This document shows positions 49,801-50,579 of a DNA stretch of 50,579 nucleotides, piece by piece. This DNA comes from Macrostomum lignano (lineage: Eukaryota), in contig NIVC01003420.1 in NCBI GenBank assembly GCA_002269645.1, positions 1-50,579 on the forward strand, in the 5' to 3' direction. The notes under the pieces were generated by a model that was not told the origin of the DNA, did not search any database, and saw only the letters and a program-made list of their open reading frames with translations. Every line of letters starts with the position of its first letter. Within the stretch, counting starts at the first letter, position 1. A program made the translations under genes and the position numbers.

Positions 49801-50579
49801 CGGGCCATGGTGCACAACGAAATTGTGAAGCTTCCGGACGACTTTGACAGCGCTGACACCAAGGAGTAAGTGCTTTTAGATCTAAATACATAATGACAAA
49901 GTCTCATGTGAAATTATCGGTGACTTACTTTCAGACTGACTCGAATGGGACAAAGCGACCTGTCCAGGTAACGCCACATTTCGTGCAATTGATGATATTT
50001 AGCCAAACTTTTCTGTGTGTAAGGCTTGCAACTAATATTGAAGCTTGTGCGTGTGTGTGCGTAGTGGTGTGTGTTTACTGTTTACTGTTTACTGTAAGTT
50101 ATTTTAAAAAGATAAAGGCCGATAAACAACTTTGATAAGTTTAGAAGCCAGGATTGCAAGCGTAAACAACTTGCTAATTGGTTCATGAACAATGTACATT
50201 GACCAGTCCACTGAAAGACAATAAAAATTGGGGCCGGGGTAGTGTGAAAGGTGTGGTTAAAGGGTTTATGCTGGGGGTGAGAGCCATTAAATGAGCCTTG
50301 GCTTTAAAAATACATTAAAATGCTTCCTTAAAATACATTAAAATACAGTGTTTAACTTACTACTGAACTGAAAGTAGCTTACACGCAAATTTGCTGAGTG
50401 GCCATCTAGCTCGTACCTGTGGTAGTCGTAGAAACTTTTAGCACTGATTTTAATACCAAGTGTAGCAGTCAGCAGAATCTTTTGAACACAATCAGTTGAC
50501 CCCAACCTCTGCATTCTCATCTAGGCTTATCGAGGTCATCTCGCAAGTGCAGAATTCGCTCAACAAGCACGATGCCATG
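37884..50579 (+). CDS. ITPR-like: Inositol 1,4,5-trisphosphate receptor-like Ca2+ channel, 5' ~30 exons, incomplete at window end
   Basis: Phase-consistent GT-AG exons: 37884-37972, 39188-39258, 39551-39675, 40058-40840, 41268-41346, 41435-41523, 41836-41961, 42496-42636, 42730-42915, 43585-43707, 43798-44022, 44587-44658, 44757-44999, 45102-45351, 46042-46141, 46390-46554, 46636-46723, 46790-47034, 47123-47246, 47430-48200, ~48343/48347-48392/48390, 48467-48557, 48639-48725, 48800-48904, 48990-49064, 49231-49360, 49441-49582, 49719-49865, 49935-49967, 50525-end. Motifs: [28 protein letters not shown] repeats ([16 protein letters not shown]), [38 protein letters not shown]. Confidence 0.93.
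38345..38539 (-). mobile_element. tRNA-derived SINE-like element in ITPR intron 1
   Basis: Reverse strand ggggagccgTAGCCCAGTGGcaaagcgcggcac...GGCTCGATTCCaag gives box A and a near box B. There is no acceptor-stem pairing, so it is not a functional tRNA. Confidence 0.65.

Overview
Eukaryotic, intron-rich and satellite-rich genomic DNA from an invertebrate. GC3-rich exons, short introns with tttcag acceptors and dense minisatellites suggest a flatworm such as Macrostomum, but that is inference only. From left to right: (1) the 5' half of a minus-strand SLC30/ZnT2-type zinc transporter gene (4 coding exons, one with an apparent 1-nt deletion) whose introns are filled with tandem repeats; (2) two inverted satellite arms around a 250-bp unique spacer, followed by a 23-bp satellite carrying TGAGTCA in most units; (3) a dead Ty3/gypsy remnant and a tRNA-derived SINE; (4) a complete 3-exon DEG/ENaC channel gene followed by a perfect 59-nt inverted copy of part of its own exon 2; (5) three tandem single-coding-exon PP1 glycogen-targeting subunit (PPP1R3/CBM21) genes with nearly identical CDS but diverged flanks, interrupted by a Tc1/mariner-type non-autonomous element and a 12-bp satellite; (6) the first ~30 exons of a divergent IP3-receptor-like channel gene that runs off the right end. 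Most long ORFs in the supplied track (1342-5401, 23994-24708, 35505-35939) are artefacts of stop-free repeats.
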